From the IMG/VR virus record IMGVR_UViG_3300021133_000001, positions 64,001-128,000 of that record: DNA of 64,000 bases; one strand, 5' to 3'. Positions 20,701 through 31,762 of this stretch are shown here, piece by piece; position 1 is the first letter of the stretch, and each line of letters starts with the position of its first letter. The notes below the pieces were generated by a model, which had not been told where the DNA came from, ran no database searches, and saw only the letters and a program-made list of their open reading frames with translations. The translations under genes were made by a program, and so were the position numbers. This stretch comes from a virus (lineage: Duplodnaviria > Caudoviricetes).

Positions 20701-21395
20701 GCCCAATCAGCTGTATCTACTCCTGGTATACCCCAGCCTGTATAGCCTGAGAACGAATCGCTACTTAAAGTGGTACTTCTAGCTATATAATAATTAATTT
20801 TACCACCACCAGAATAACCTGCAACGTCAACCCGAGAAGGTGTATCGTAGTAAATGTAATTTGGACCTCTATAATAACCTGTATAAACTAAGCCAGGTCC
20901 TGGGTTACCATTATTTGCACCAGGCGGTCCTGAAAAACCTGATTTACCGCTTACACCACTAAAGCCTGAACTACCAGTAAAGCCTGAAAAACCTGAATTA
21001 CCGTTAAAACCAGAATAGCCTGTTGAACCTTGAAAACCAGAAAAGCCTGAATTGCCTTGAAAACCAGAATAGCCCGTTGAACCTTGAAAACCAGAAAAGC
21101 CTGAATTACCGTTAAAGCCAGAAAACCCTGAACTACCAGGAATACCTTGAGGTCCAGCTGCTGTACTTGCTGCACCTTGTGCACCTGTTGATCCTTGAGC
21201 GCCTGGTGCTCCAGAAAAACCAGAAATACCTGTACCACCTGGGCCTATACCTTGAGTGCTTAACCAAGCTAACGTCTGTGCCAAAGACATTCTGTATGTT
21301 TTTGGATCTGTTTCGCTCTTAGAAACTGGTATTGAAATATCCTGAGAAACTGTTCCAGTTGGAACTGGTGGTAAATCTGTAATTTTAAGAGGCAT
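17799..21395 (-). CDS. Tail fibre with GxS/GAQ repeats, 71-aa internal repeats and C-terminal S74 chaperone
   Basis: SSRKWKTNI...GLIAEDV...[17 protein letters not shown]. Confidence 0.85.
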   Translation of the reverse strand: MPLKITDLPPVPTGTVSQDISIPVSKSETDPKTYRMSLAQTLAWLSTQGIGPGGTGISGFSGAPGAQGSTGAQGAASTAAGPQGIPGSSGFSGFNGNSGFSGFQGSTGYSGFQGNSGFSGFQGSTGYSGFNGNSGFSGFTGSSGFSGVSGKSGFSGPPGANNGNPGPGLVYTGYYRGPNYIYYDTPSRVDVAGYSGGGKINYYIARSTTLSSDSFSGYTGWGIPGVDTADWASFGENFASVATDLLLAQDVSVTQGIVLGTVGDLSAGFIRTANADWPGTSGSHGVWMGNYTDGNAYFFVGNYPNNGFLYRGDTGQLQLSGTIFANAGSIGGVGLTQGSIYTGVASAAGTADTPFYVNGTVDDGHSDRTYMTLGNTLKYFRAGGTNYMNVSGGITATYGSIGGVGIAAGAIYTGVASAAGTADTPFYVNGSYDDGYSDRTYMTLGNTLKYFRVGGTNYMNVSGGITATYGSIGGVGIATGAVYTGVASAAGSADTPFYLNGSYDNGTSDRTYFTLGNTLKYFRAGGTNYMNVSGGITATYGSIAGVGMYQNTLYTGVPSAAGTADTPFFLNGTTAASDRSNVSQAVLYLGDSFKWYKKAGTSTPTFNMLLGSTGLTSSYTLSATGNYLWWDGSSLTLKGSLYLTDGSAAVSTSTATTIANNAVSPTASAVFTDSTGAIVKTPSPSTAGLYLGSNNLGYYNGSAWKTYMANNGNFYLSGPNGDSLTWANGYLTINGAINITGGQAATDIATANSNASTANSNASTALGTANTANSNVSTLSGKVKTDSNGKLVIDAAPSGSGLFLGQTYMGYYTSGAFNTYIKNDGTFAFNGTGANSIYWDGSTLTVKGTIYVGGSTQVTSTSINNANSALQSGQTGKSLGLTGGSVGGITIASTYLMAGSGGYGVAGFYAENTGKFSLGSNLTWDTSTLTINGSVAIANNSGNAVYQGKSSYGSGTGFWLGDVSGTAKFDIGNSSSYMRWDGSNLSIHGIQTDDGVIVSSYVGLRYINNSGVLTVTGGQSNGISNGAQIDFAGNSSVVPGVLSLNAGAASGGYIRFATGPDLGGGANTIRMKINYDGLVDIQNNGNGSNAGNLNVAGTVTAGTYNTSSSRKWKTNISPIVSAIETVTKLQGVTFDWNNKDVVNDIGLIAEDVNEVLPTVVSKDVYTGEATGVDYGRLTALLIEAVKTLNERVKVLEAR
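19660..20415 (-). repeat. 213-bp (71-aa) tandem repeat, three copies plus a partial
   Basis: GSIGGVG...TADTPFY.NG...SDRTY.TLGNTLKYFR.GGTNYMNVSGGITATY repeated. Confidence 0.9.
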
Positions 21396-21426
21396 TGTTA
21401 ATATTATTTAGTTGTTATGTATAGTA

Positions 21427-21897
21427 CTATCCATTATAATTTAACAGTAAATAGTTCGGGTTTTTCGTTTCTAAAGCTATTATTTGACTGTTATCTGGAC
21501 CCCAAGCTTTCATTTTAACTAAGTGTACTTCCTCAAAAGCATAAGGTTCAGCATTTGCAATAGGATTTTTAGTAAACTTAGGTAAAACATTAGTTACTGT
21601 GAAGGAATATATATAAGGATCGTAATGATCTGGACCTACATAAGCAGATATGCTAATAGTTAATGGAGAGTTACTATTAGGCACAGTATATACAAAATCT
21701 GATCTACAATCATCACCACTGTAATTAGAAGAAACAAATGTATTAACTTTTGTTACTACTTTATCAGGAAAATGATATATAACTTTACTTAAAAACTGAG
21801 AACCTGTTAGCGGTACAAATATAGGTTGAAACGTTATAGTTAAAGGTGTATAACCTGAAACCGATGAAGTACTGTCAAATTGGTAATTAATATTCAT
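21427..21897 (-). CDS. Hypothetical virion protein (PKD-like N-terminus)
   Basis: SGYTPLTITF motif; operon context. Confidence 0.65.
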   Translation of the reverse strand: MNINYQFDSTSSVSGYTPLTITFQPIFVPLTGSQFLSKVIYHFPDKVVTKVNTFVSSNYSGDDCRSDFVYTVPNSNSPLTISISAYVGPDHYDPYIYSFTVTNVLPKFTKNPIANAEPYAFEEVHLVKMKAWGPDNSQIIALETKNPNYLLLNYNG

Positions 21898-21954
21898 ATT
21901 ATACGGCTACAATGTTGTGGTAATTAATATTCATATTATACGGCTACAATGTTG
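21881..21954. repeat. Perfect 37-bp tandem duplication spanning a gene junction
   Basis: TGGTAATTAATATTCATATTATACGGCTACAATGTTG at 21881-21917 and 21918-21954. Confidence 0.95.
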
Positions 21955-23495
21955 TTTCCTGTATCTGTTACAATTGGTACTACTGCTTCATTTACTAAAA
22001 CTTTACCTAGAGTTGCTTCTTTAGTATTGTAGCTTATAATCTTGAAATTTTGATTGGTGTAAGCTACAAAATCTATAATATATGAAGTAGTGTCTTGATT
22101 ATACGAAATGAGAGGTGGTTCAATATAAGTTAATAACTCTTGATCTAGGTTAACCGAACTAATACCTCTATTATAAAAAAAATAGCTATAATCTGTATTG
22201 TTAGTAGGGAATATTCTTACTCGTTTACCAGGATGATTAATATCGTACTGATATAACACAGGAACTACTAAAGCAGAAGCAGAATTGGTAGTAGCAACGG
22301 CAGCTGATAACAATAAACAAGAAGTTATCTTTTTATTTGTTTCATCATACCAATTACCACCATAATACACAGCAGCTGTATCGTTAATTTTAATACCAGT
22401 TAAAGAAGCACTTGAAAGTATACGAGTAGAAACGTTTTGATGATAATCTAACGTTAAAAAGTCTTGATTGGTTGTAATGATTTGACCGGTTGTGTAGTCA
22501 AAGTTAATCTTCTCAAATATGGTGTAACCGCTTAACTCAAATACTAATGTATCAAAAAATACCTCAAAGTTTTTAATGTTATTGGCAGATAACTGAGCAT
22601 ATATAGCATGTTCATTGATATGCTTGTTATATATTGCAGAAAGTATATCGGTAGCAGTATAAACTATACCATCAACTGTTTTTACCCATAACTCTCCATA
22701 TGCATTTTGCATATTATAAATAGTGCGGTCTCCAGTAGGTAATTTATATAATGCATATTGATTACCATACACATCTGTTTGCCAGCTGTATAGCTCTTTA
22801 TTAGAATTAATTAAAAGCTTACTAACACGAGTATCAATATCAAAATACCGTAACCAATCTTCTTCAGTAAATTTGTTTGTAGTTAACCAGATGTTTTTCT
22901 GATCTCCAGTCCAAAATTCGTAATCATTATGTACATCGGTAACACCATTACTGTCTAGTTTGGTTGTTTCAAAGTTAGATTGGTAAGGAATGAATTTTTG
23001 ATAAGTATCTGAACCGACTACTTGACCGTCAAAAGCAGTACCAGTATTAGAGGCTTTTAACCAACTTAAATTCTGCAAATGAGTTATAATATTATCTTGA
23101 TCATTTTCAGTTAAGCCTCTACCTTTGTTAAATTTGTTTGGATCTACATACCTATATGTATTACCAGGTGTAATTTCGTTAATGTTAATTAACGGTGTTA
23201 AATTTTTAGCTAAATAAGTAGAAACACCTAAATTATTAGGAGTAAAATAACCACCTAGCTCGGCTTTTGTCTTAATGTTGTTACCGCTTTGTGGTAATGT
23301 AGCAACTGTAGGATAGTATCTATTAGCTAAGTTGCTCCAAGGTGCAAGAGGTGTTATCTCAGCACCAATATATCCAGTAGTCGTACCAGATAGTACATAT
23401 TCTTTATTACCTAAATACTTTTGAGATAATGTTACTAACTGAGCATCAATTTGCCCAGAAGTTGTGTTTACATCGACTTGTGTTGCAGATAGCAT
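21936..23495 (-). CDS. Hypothetical virion structural protein
   Basis: 519 aa, T/N/Y-rich, WQTDVYGNQYALYK motif; operon context. Confidence 0.75.
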   Translation of the reverse strand: MLSATQVDVNTTSGQIDAQLVTLSQKYLGNKEYVLSGTTTGYIGAEITPLAPWSNLANRYYPTVATLPQSGNNIKTKAELGGYFTPNNLGVSTYLAKNLTPLININEITPGNTYRYVDPNKFNKGRGLTENDQDNIITHLQNLSWLKASNTGTAFDGQVVGSDTYQKFIPYQSNFETTKLDSNGVTDVHNDYEFWTGDQKNIWLTTNKFTEEDWLRYFDIDTRVSKLLINSNKELYSWQTDVYGNQYALYKLPTGDRTIYNMQNAYGELWVKTVDGIVYTATDILSAIYNKHINEHAIYAQLSANNIKNFEVFFDTLVFELSGYTIFEKINFDYTTGQIITTNQDFLTLDYHQNVSTRILSSASLTGIKINDTAAVYYGGNWYDETNKKITSCLLLSAAVATTNSASALVVPVLYQYDINHPGKRVRIFPTNNTDYSYFFYNRGISSVNLDQELLTYIEPPLISYNQDTTSYIIDFVAYTNQNFKIISYNTKEATLGKVLVNEAVVPIVTDTGNNIVAV

Positions 23496-23498
23496 TTA

Positions 23499-26400
23499 TT
23501 AACTTGCTGATAAGGATTGTTTTAGTGTATTTACTTCAGCTTTAAGCTCTTTCACGGCTTCAATTAATAATGCTGTTAAACGAGTATAATCAATACCTAC
23601 GCAAACTTCTCCTGCACTTGTAGCACTTGTTGATACTACTTGTGGTAGTACTAATTTTACATCTTCTGCAATAAGACCTATATTATTAGTATCAGATACA
23701 TCATATGAACTATCATACATTACACCTGATAGCTGTTCAGTAACTGTTAAAGCATTGCCTATTGTGGTTGTTAAAGGTCTAATATTGGTTTTGTATCTCT
23801 TAGATGAAGTAGTAGTATATGATACAGCAGTAACATCTCCGCTTGAAGCTAAAGTAATGTGTACACCCGCTCCTGACCCTGTACCAAAGTAAGCAGTGTT
23901 TGTGAATAGAGATATGTTGTTTTGAGTTAAACCACCAGCATTAGTAATACCAGCTGCACCTATATAAGCACCGTAACCGCTAACATTACCACTACCATCT
24001 ATACCATAACCGGTAGAAGCAATACCTAAACCACCCGGGCTAGTATTAACACCAGCAAAGTTTACATATGAATTTGTGTTTAAGGTTTGGTTTGCAGTAA
24101 TTCCTTGAGCACCGGTAGCGCCTTGTGCACCAGTAGAACCCTTACTACCTTGAGCACCAGAAGCTCCTTGAGCTCCAGTTGCACCTTGAGCTCCGGTAGC
24201 GCCTTGTGGTCCGGCACCCTGAGCACCCTGAGCACCTTGAGCACCCTGAGCACCTTGTGCGCCTGTAGCTCCTGTAGAGCCTTTTAATCCAGAATAGCCT
24301 GAATAACCTGAAGCACCTTGTGTGCCTGTAGCGCCTTGTACTCCGTTGACACCAGAATAGCCAGAATAACCAGAAGCACCTTGTGCTCCTGTAGCTCCTT
24401 GAGGCCCGGTACCTTGAGCTCCGGTCGCGCCTTGTGCACCCTGTGCACCTTGTAGACCTGTAAAACCTTGAGGTCCTACTGGACCGGAGTAACCAGAATA
24501 ACCACTTGTACCTGTAGTACCTTGTGCACCTATAGCGCCTTGTGCTCCGTTAATACCTGAAAAACCCGATATACCACTAAAACCGCTTATACCAGTAAAG
24601 CCTGAAATACCAGTAAAACCAGAATAACCTGAAATACCGCTAAAGCCGCTAGTACCGCTGAAACCAGAATAACCAGAAATACCACTGAAACCAGAAAAAC
24701 TTGAATAACCACTATATCCTGATATACCAGATGTTCCAGATATACCGCTAAAACCACTTATACCGGTATAACCTGAATAACCAGAATTACCTTGTGCGCC
24801 TGTAGCTCCTTGTACTCCGTTAATACCTGAATAACCAGAAACACCTGAAGCTCCTTGCGCGCCTTGCGGTCCAGTACCTTGAGCGCCAGTAGCGCCTTGT
24901 GCACCTACAGGCCCACTGTAACCACTATAACCAGAAGTACTATTACCACTAAAACCAGAATAACCAGAACTGCCTTGAGCGCCTTGTGGGCTACCTGCAG
25001 CACCTTGTGGTCCTTGATTACCTACAAAACCTTGAGGTCCTTGAGGGCCGGAAAAACCAGAATAACCAGAAATACCTGAAGTTCCTTGTGCGCCAGTAGC
25101 GCCTTGAGCACCTTGTACGCCCATAATACCTACACTACCTTGAGTACCCTGTACACCTTGAGCGCCTACTGCACCGGAAAAACCAGAATAACCAGAAGTA
25201 CCAGCATTACCTTGCGCACCTACAGAACCGACCGAACCTTGTGCACCTGTTGCTCCTTGAGTTCCCTGTGGACCAGTAGCTCCTGTTGAACCTTGTCCGC
25301 CAGTAGCACCTTGAGCTCCTTGAGCACCTTGTGCGCCAATAAAACCTTGTACACCAGACAATCCTGAGTAACCCGAGTAACCAGATGTACCGGAAGCACC
25401 TTGAGCACCCTGTGAACCTTGATTACCTTGAGCTCCTGTAGAGCCGTTTATACCTGAATAACCAGAAGGACCGACAACACCTTGTGCACCTTGAGCTCCT
25501 GTAGAGCCTTTAGCACCAGAGTAGCCAGAAACCCCTGAACCACTAAAACCAGAAATACCGGTATAACCAGAAATACCTGAAAAACCACTATAGCCTGAAA
25601 TACCACTAAGACCTTGTGCGCCGATTTGGCCACTAATACCGCTAAACCCGGAAATACCGGAAGTACCACTATAGCCAGATATACCACTAAACCCACTTAT
25701 ACCGCTAAAGCCTGATTGACCGCTAGCTCCAACAGCACCACTAAAACCCGATGTACCGCTAAAGCCTGATTGACCGGAATAACCTGAAAAACCAGATAAA
25801 CCTAAACCACTAAAGCCTGATACACCGCTAAAACCCGATGTACCGCTAAAGCCTGAAAAACTTGAATAACCTGAATAGCCAGAACCACCTATACCACTAA
25901 AGCCTGAAAAGCCAGAAGCACCGGAAACACCTTGACCGATAGGTGTACGTATTACTGTATATACTGAGCTACCATTATATTGATAGGAAGCTGAAACAGG
26001 CGTGGAACTTGATGTATATGCTGCAATCTGTAACAAGATACGATCAGTAGCAGATAAAATAGTTACATTATTTGATACAGCCCCTACTTTTTGAAATGTT
26101 GATACTGTATCTGTTACTACACCAGAATCTGCACTTAAGATAAATGCACTTGTGGCACTAGTTGCCATTGAATATGTATAGACACTGAATACAAAATTAA
26201 CTGGGCCACCTAGAGCGTAACGGTAAAATTCAATATCCCATAATCCAGCTGGTATTTCTACTACACCAGGCTCTCCAGGAGGTGTTAAATACCAACCAAA
26301 TGCACTAATACCGTTTGTATTAGTAATTACAACTTGGTCATCATTTACAGTTGTACCGCCGCCACCTGGCTGTAAAGCCATTACTTCAAACACTGCAGGG

Positions 26401-27119
26401 TTTTGGTCACTCGTTACTTCTTCTAAAAAGTATGTTCTACCATATAAAGAACCACCTGCAGGACCAGAAACACCAGACCAACCACTAATACCTGAAAAAC
26501 CAGAAGCACCTGAAAAACCAGAAGTACCATTTATACCAGAAAAACCAGAAGTACCGGTGTAACCAGACACCCCACTAAAACCAGACCAACCACTTGTACC
26601 ACTATAACCTGATTGCCCGGTGTAACCGCTTATACCAGAAAAGCCTGATATACCAGAAAAGCCTGATTGACCGCTATAACCTGTAAAACCACTTGCACCA
26701 CTAAAGCCAGAAGTACCGCTAAAACCGGAAACACCTGTATAACCACTTATACCACTGTAACCGCTAAAACCAGAGCTACCTTGAGCTCCTTGTGTGCCTT
26801 GAGCACCTTGTGGACCGGTAGCACCCTGCGGACCAGTACCTTGAGCACCAGTTGCACCTTGAGCTCCCTGTGCACCATTAATACCATTTGTGCCATTAGT
26901 ACCGTTTTGACCGGAGTAACCTGATAACCCAATACCTTGTGCACCTTGTGAGCCAGTTAAACCACTGTAACCTGATTGACCACTATAACCTGAAGTACCG
27001 CCAGGAGCGCCTTGCACGCCTGGAAAACCAGAAGCACCAGAAGCACCAGAATAACCGGAAAAACCTGAAGCTGCTGCAACAGGTACCATCTCAAGATTTG
27101 TTATTGTTGTTAGTGCCAT
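23499..27119 (-). CDS. Fibre protein with G-[F/Y/I/W]-S and GAQ collagen-like repeats and S74 chaperone
   Basis: Gly every third residue over most of the length; SSKRYKTNI...[17 protein letters not shown]. Confidence 0.85.
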   Translation of the reverse strand: MALTTITNLEMVPVAAASGFSGYSGASGASGFPGVQGAPGGTSGYSGQSGYSGLTGSQGAQGIGLSGYSGQNGTNGTNGINGAQGAQGATGAQGTGPQGATGPQGAQGTQGAQGSSGFSGYSGISGYTGVSGFSGTSGFSGASGFTGYSGQSGFSGISGFSGISGYTGQSGYSGTSGWSGFSGVSGYTGTSGFSGINGTSGFSGASGFSGISGWSGVSGPAGGSLYGRTYFLEEVTSDQNPAVFEVMALQPGGGGTTVNDDQVVITNTNGISAFGWYLTPPGEPGVVEIPAGLWDIEFYRYALGGPVNFVFSVYTYSMATSATSAFILSADSGVVTDTVSTFQKVGAVSNNVTILSATDRILLQIAAYTSSSTPVSASYQYNGSSVYTVIRTPIGQGVSGASGFSGFSGIGGSGYSGYSSFSGFSGTSGFSGVSGFSGLGLSGFSGYSGQSGFSGTSGFSGAVGASGQSGFSGISGFSGISGYSGTSGISGFSGISGQIGAQGLSGISGYSGFSGISGYTGISGFSGSGVSGYSGAKGSTGAQGAQGVVGPSGYSGINGSTGAQGNQGSQGAQGASGTSGYSGYSGLSGVQGFIGAQGAQGAQGATGGQGSTGATGPQGTQGATGAQGSVGSVGAQGNAGTSGYSGFSGAVGAQGVQGTQGSVGIMGVQGAQGATGAQGTSGISGYSGFSGPQGPQGFVGNQGPQGAAGSPQGAQGSSGYSGFSGNSTSGYSGYSGPVGAQGATGAQGTGPQGAQGASGVSGYSGINGVQGATGAQGNSGYSGYTGISGFSGISGTSGISGYSGYSSFSGFSGISGYSGFSGTSGFSGISGYSGFTGISGFTGISGFSGISGFSGINGAQGAIGAQGTTGTSGYSGYSGPVGPQGFTGLQGAQGAQGATGAQGTGPQGATGAQGASGYSGYSGVNGVQGATGTQGASGYSGYSGLKGSTGATGAQGAQGAQGAQGAQGAGPQGATGAQGATGAQGASGAQGSKGSTGAQGATGAQGITANQTLNTNSYVNFAGVNTSPGGLGIASTGYGIDGSGNVSGYGAYIGAAGITNAGGLTQNNISLFTNTAYFGTGSGAGVHITLASSGDVTAVSYTTTSSKRYKTNIRPLTTTIGNALTVTEQLSGVMYDSSYDVSDTNNIGLIAEDVKLVLPQVVSTSATSAGEVCVGIDYTRLTALLIEAVKELKAEVNTLKQSLSAS

Positions 27120-27120
27120 A

Positions 27121-28149
27121 TTATGTGAGAGGTGCTACAATAACTATTTCTGAATTAGTAGGAGGAACTCCTGTAAAGGTTACGTTATGATTTGGTACAC
27201 TAATAGTATACGCCATACCAGGTGTTTGCAATAACCCGTCAATGGTAACTCTATATTGAGAGGCATCAGTATTAGTAATACTGTTCAAAGGGAACGAGGT
27301 ACTTTGACCATCACCGGAATAGACGTAAACATTGCTCATTGTTGATGTAGTATTATTACTTACAGTTGTACCTACAAAGCCGGATACGCCATAGCAAGGA
27401 TTTAAAGTATTAGCAGCTTGTAGTGCTTGGATAATTAAATTTAAAATATACTCTGAAGGAATATCATATATCGAGGTTTCATAATCACTTGCACTTAAAC
27501 CAGCCCCAAACGTAGTATACTGAGATATATCCACTCTAGGATCTCTATCAAAGTAATTTGCTGTATCGTAAAGTTCTTCAATTTCTACACTAAAAGAATC
27601 CGTTATATCATTTAAATTTGGCAAATACTGTAATAGATCACCATTTGTAATAATGATTTTGTCTGGATCCGGTTTAATGGTAAAAACATTTAATATATAA
27701 GTGTAAAACAAACTAGTGAGATATTCACTAGTACCAATTAAGTTATATTTTAACTTGGAATAAACAATACTATTACGTTGTTCTGCTAGGTAGCGTGATA
27801 CATCTTTTAACTTACGTGCATAATAAACAATAGCTGTTTGTAAGTCTAAATCGTTTGTATAGTTAACAGTACTAAAAAAACGCTGCTCTTCTGGATTACG
27901 TGTTGATAAACCTAGTTGCTGTAAAAAGTTTATATAAAGATTTTTTACATATAACAACTGACCAGCTGGTGTGTTTGCACGGTTTTTATACCAGTTCTGC
28001 AAGTATGTATTATATTGAGCAACCTGAGTCTTACTATCAATATTACTATTATTTTGTAACCATTGTTGATACGAATACGGATTTCCTGTATCGGTTTCGG
28101 TAGTTAATCCGGTGGGTTTTGCAAGGGACTGTATGTTAATAACAGGCAT
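27121..28149 (-). CDS. Hypothetical virion structural protein
   Basis: C-terminal GDGQSTSF...[10 protein letters not shown]...VTFTGVPP module typical of T4-like structural proteins. Confidence 0.7.
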   Translation of the reverse strand: MPVINIQSLAKPTGLTTETDTGNPYSYQQWLQNNSNIDSKTQVAQYNTYLQNWYKNRANTPAGQLLYVKNLYINFLQQLGLSTRNPEEQRFFSTVNYTNDLDLQTAIVYYARKLKDVSRYLAEQRNSIVYSKLKYNLIGTSEYLTSLFYTYILNVFTIKPDPDKIIITNGDLLQYLPNLNDITDSFSVEIEELYDTANYFDRDPRVDISQYTTFGAGLSASDYETSIYDIPSEYILNLIIQALQAANTLNPCYGVSGFVGTTVSNNTTSTMSNVYVYSGDGQSTSFPLNSITNTDASQYRVTIDGLLQTPGMAYTISVPNHNVTFTGVPPTNSEIVIVAPLT

Positions 28150-28177
28150 TATTAATACTTACAGTCAGAGTGGTGTT

Positions 28178-28411
28178 TTACCATTTTGAGGCGGGGCATT
28201 TTGACCCCTCTAACCTCACCTTTAAATTCATGTAGCAACCACAAAGACTACATCTACTATTTTCTCCTAAATTAGGACAAGCTGAACATACTTCTATACG
28301 GGCGGTTTGCTTGGCTTCATTCGCAAGTATAGCGCCTTGCTGTTTATACACTTTTACAGTGTTTATTAACGTCTCGGTTAAGTTGAATACGCTTGTTTTA
28401 AGTGTAGCCAC
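28178..28411 (-). CDS. Small Cys-rich protein (DUF6171-like)
   Basis: R..VC..CP...C..CGC.M..K......CP..KW; GTG start. Confidence 0.7.
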   Translation of the reverse strand: MATLKTSVFNLTETLINTVKVYKQQGAILANEAKQTARIEVCSACPNLGENSRCSLCGCYMNLKVRLEGSKCPASKW

Positions 28412-28427
28412 ACTTTAATTTACCTTA

Positions 28428-29348
28428 TTATGGTAATTTTGCACTAAGCTGATCAACCTTGGTTGAAAGAGTCTTAACTGCTTCAATTAAGAGAGCTGTT
28501 AAACGACCGTAATCAATACCAACACAAGAACCGTCATCATTAGTTAAAACTACTGCAGGTACTAATGGGAGTACGTCTTCAGCAATAAGACCAATTTCGT
28601 TAGTTGCTGTTAAGTCGATAAGACTATCATAAGCAACTGCACTTAATGCTTTGGTTGTTGCAAGAGGATCGCTAACAACAGCTGTAATTGGTCTAATGTT
28701 TGTTTTACCTGTACGAGAAGATGTTGAAGTAAACGAAAGAGCTGTAATACCAAGCGAGGTAGAAATTGCACTACCGTTATCAGTAATAGAACTGTTTGTT
28801 AATGTAGTTGCACCAGAAAATTTAGCAACTAAATTTGATGTACCACCAGGGCTTACACCAGTAGCACCTTGCGCGCCTTGAGCACCAGTTGCACCCTGCG
28901 CACCTGTTGAACCAGTAGCACCTTGAGCGCCTGTTGCACCTTGAGCGCCAGTTGAACCAGTAGCACCTTGAGCACCGTTAGAACCATTTGTACCTGAGGC
29001 TCCTTGTGCGCCTTGAGCACCGGTTGCACCTGTAGAACCTTTTAAGCCAGAATAACCAGAAGCGCCTTGTGCGCCGGTAGAACCTGTAGCACCTTGTGAA
29101 CCAGTAGCTCCTTGATTGCCTTGAAAACCTTGTGCACCTTGAGCGCCGTTAGCTCCAGAAAAACCAGAAATACCTTGTGCGCCTTGCGCGCCTGTAGCGC
29201 CTGTAGCGCCTTGAGCACCAGTAGAACCCTTACTACCTTGAGCACCGTTTGTGCCGTTTAAGCCTGTAGCGCCTTGAGCACCTTGTGCTCCTTGTGCGCC
29301 TGCGCCTGAATATCCTGAGTATGCGTTTGCTGGATTAAAGTATGCCAT
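28428..29348 (-). CDS. Short collagen-like (GAQ/GAT) fibre with S74 chaperone
   Basis: About 50 Gly-X-Y triplets; GLIAEDV...[15 protein letters not shown]. Confidence 0.85.
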   Translation of the reverse strand: MAYFNPANAYSGYSGAGAQGAQGAQGATGLNGTNGAQGSKGSTGAQGATGATGAQGAQGISGFSGANGAQGAQGFQGNQGATGSQGATGSTGAQGASGYSGLKGSTGATGAQGAQGASGTNGSNGAQGATGSTGAQGATGAQGATGSTGAQGATGAQGAQGATGVSPGGTSNLVAKFSGATTLTNSSITDNGSAISTSLGITALSFTSTSSRTGKTNIRPITAVVSDPLATTKALSAVAYDSLIDLTATNEIGLIAEDVLPLVPAVVLTNDDGSCVGIDYGRLTALLIEAVKTLSTKVDQLSAKLP

Positions 29349-29406
29349 AATAGTATTGGTTACATATTATTTAGTAAACCTAATACTATTTTAACTTATT
29401 ATTTTA

Positions 29407-30060
29407 CTATATAGTTTGCCTTAAACGCTGCATTGGATATACAGGTACATCTAGTCTGCTTATAAAGAATACTAAAGTTAATCTTTCAGTTGTATCTTCC
29501 CCTACATATTCATTAGCTGTATGATATAAATGGGAGTCAAATGAAAGCAGTCTATTAAATTTATTTTTAATAATAATAGAATCAGTAAATTGATTGTTAT
29601 TTTGCTGTCTAAGAGTATTGATATCCCCTTTATAATTCTTAGGGTCTGCAATAAATTTACGCTTTTCTTCTCCGTTAATTAATTGTGTACCAGGTACTTT
29701 AGGTTCACATATAGAAGTACCTGAATTTTCATCTCCATCCGGGTTAAGATACACAATACCTGTTATAATATCATTATCTTTATGTACCCAACCAGATTTA
29801 AAATCCTTGTTTACTTTTTGAAAATATGCTTTAGCAAAGTAATTTTTTATATCCGCAATAGGGTAATATATAGAAAGAAACTTAAAAATAGTATAATAAT
29901 GTAAATTTGCGTTAATATTTATTAATAAATCCGATCTGGTTCCAGGCCACATTTTGTTGGGGTCTGGCGAAAAGTTTTGTACTAATGCAAACTCTCTTAC
30001 TTTGTAAGGATCTTCAAAGAATCCGTCTATAACTGAAGTAGGAATAATATAATTTTGCAT
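29407..30060 (-). CDS. 2OG-Fe(II) oxygenase (DUF6445-like)
   Basis: IDGFFEDP...WPGTRS, WVHKD, GIVYLNP, NRLLSFDSHLYH, RLTLVFF (HxD...H...R). Confidence 0.8.
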   Translation of the reverse strand: MQNYIIPTSVIDGFFEDPYKVREFALVQNFSPDPNKMWPGTRSDLLININANLHYYTIFKFLSIYYPIADIKNYFAKAYFQKVNKDFKSGWVHKDNDIITGIVYLNPDGDENSGTSICEPKVPGTQLINGEEKRKFIADPKNYKGDINTLRQQNNNQFTDSIIIKNKFNRLLSFDSHLYHTANEYVGEDTTERLTLVFFISRLDVPVYPMQRLRQTI

Positions 30061-30077
30061 AGTTCTATGATAAGTTA

Positions 30078-31454
30078 TTATTTTGAATAGTCAATACCGT
30101 ATAGGTCTAATTCTTGTCGAGCTAATTCTGGTGTAATTTTATCTATACCTGCAAGTATCCAATTATAGAGAGATGCCCCTACACTGCCATAATAGTAATC
30201 ATATTGCAATCCACCAGGTACTGTATGTTTACATCTTTCTAATAGATCAGCCACAAAAGGTGTTATAGTTTTGCCTGATTTTATATAACGCCAAAACTCG
30301 GAATCATCTCTACCGCCTTGATAGTGTAGTACTAAGAAATCTAGTACATCATCATATAATTTACACATTTTTTTATTATAATATTTTCTGTTAACGTCAA
30401 TTAATGTACTCGTCGCGTCCGGTCTTAAATATTCCATAAACGTTAATAATTGTACTATTGTGGTGTGAATAGAAGTAGCCTCTAAAGGCTCAGCAAATGC
30501 TGCAGCTAGACCTAACACTAAGCAGTTACTTTCCCACAAAGTTTCGCACCTACCGCTATCAAAGCTTATATGTCTTATAGGCTCTATTTTTCTACCCAAT
30601 GCAGTTTCGACCTCTTGCTGTGCTTGATCAGGTGTAATGCAGTTTGATTGATAAACATACCCGCAGCCTATTCTTTCTGTGGTAGGTATTTGCCACATCC
30701 ACCCCGAACTTAATGCATGTGCTATGGTTACCGGTCTTGGGCGGTTATCTTCATCTATAGGTAATAAAAATGGCATTGCTCGGTCAACAGGCAAATGAGA
30801 AGCATATGTTTTCCATTTAACTTCTAGAGCATTCATTAGTACTCTCTTAAAACCGGTACAGTCCACGAAAAGATCTCCTTCAAGTTCTTGGCCGTTGTTT
30901 AAACGTATTTTTGTTATTACGTTCTTTTCGTTAATCCCCACATCATTAACAACAGCATCAATTACTGTAATATCGTCTTTAAGTACTTTTTTAAAATGTG
31001 CACCTATTTTAAATGCATTAAAATGATACGCAGAAATAAGAGATATATTACCTTCAGAGTAAATTTTACCAAATTCTGAGGCTTTATGCATACCTTCTTT
31101 GCCTTCTTTAATAAAAGATTTTAAGAAATGTATATCAGGGCTTGATGTGCCGGTTCTCGTGCCGTCAAGCGGTGCAAAGTAACTATCTCCAGCTGGTGTC
31201 CAGTTTTTATGTAATATACCTAGTTTAACTGTCCCGTCAACGTCGTTTAAAAAGTTAGATATAGTAGTACCAGTTTTAAACCAGTGATTTGATAGTACGT
31301 TTACCAGCATTCCAGTTGAGCCTTCTCCAGCACCAATAATACTAATTTGACTAGACTCAACAACAGTGACTTTGTGCTTACCTAATTGTGCTTTAGTAAA
31401 AAATAAAGCAGCAAGCCACCCAGCTGTACCACCACCCACTATTACTATGTTCAT
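30078..31454 (-). CDS. Flavin-dependent (tryptophan) halogenase family protein
   Basis: VGGGTAGW, GAGEGS, KLGI catalytic Lys context, FVDCTGF, GWMWQIP, FAEPLEATSI. Confidence 0.9.
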   Translation of the reverse strand: MNIVIVGGGTAGWLAALFFTKAQLGKHKVTVVESSQISIIGAGEGSTGMLVNVLSNHWFKTGTTISNFLNDVDGTVKLGILHKNWTPAGDSYFAPLDGTRTGTSSPDIHFLKSFIKEGKEGMHKASEFGKIYSEGNISLISAYHFNAFKIGAHFKKVLKDDITVIDAVVNDVGINEKNVITKIRLNNGQELEGDLFVDCTGFKRVLMNALEVKWKTYASHLPVDRAMPFLLPIDEDNRPRPVTIAHALSSGWMWQIPTTERIGCGYVYQSNCITPDQAQQEVETALGRKIEPIRHISFDSGRCETLWESNCLVLGLAAAFAEPLEATSIHTTIVQLLTFMEYLRPDATSTLIDVNRKYYNKKMCKLYDDVLDFLVLHYQGGRDDSEFWRYIKSGKTITPFVADLLERCKHTVPGGLQYDYYYGSVGASLYNWILAGIDKITPELARQELDLYGIDYSK

Positions 31455-31460
31455 AACTAT

Positions 31461-31488
31461 ATTTTAATATAGTTTTTTATTTTTTCCA
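31461..31488 (-). promoter_or_regulatory. Promoter-like TGGAAA-N16-TAAAAT for the halogenase-oxygenase pair
   Basis: Same 28-bp geometry as the other promoters; ATG 6 nt downstream. Confidence 0.45.
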
Positions 31489-31491
31489 GCT

Positions 31492-31758
31492 TTAAGCTTT
31501 AGCTGACAAATTATACGACCAAATAATTCGATTTTTAATATAATTTATTTGGCCTATGTAATCTATAACTTCTGTGGGTAGATCGACTACGTTATCTGGC
31601 ATAGCTACTAAACCAGTAGCCTCGTAAGCTGAAAGTGGCATGTTACCTGATGATAAGCTTATTGAATCGGTGTACAGTTGCATCGCAAACGCAGATAACA
31701 ACGGTACATTGTAATAATCTTGTATATGATTTACGTATGAGTTTGGTATATTGGCCAT
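31492..31758 (-). CDS. Hypothetical small protein
   Basis: 88 aa ORF in the operon. Confidence 0.7.
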   Translation of the reverse strand: MANIPNSYVNHIQDYYNVPLLSAFAMQLYTDSISLSSGNMPLSAYEATGLVAMPDNVVDLPTEVIDYIGQINYIKNRIIWSYNLSAKA

Positions 31759-31762
31759 ATTA

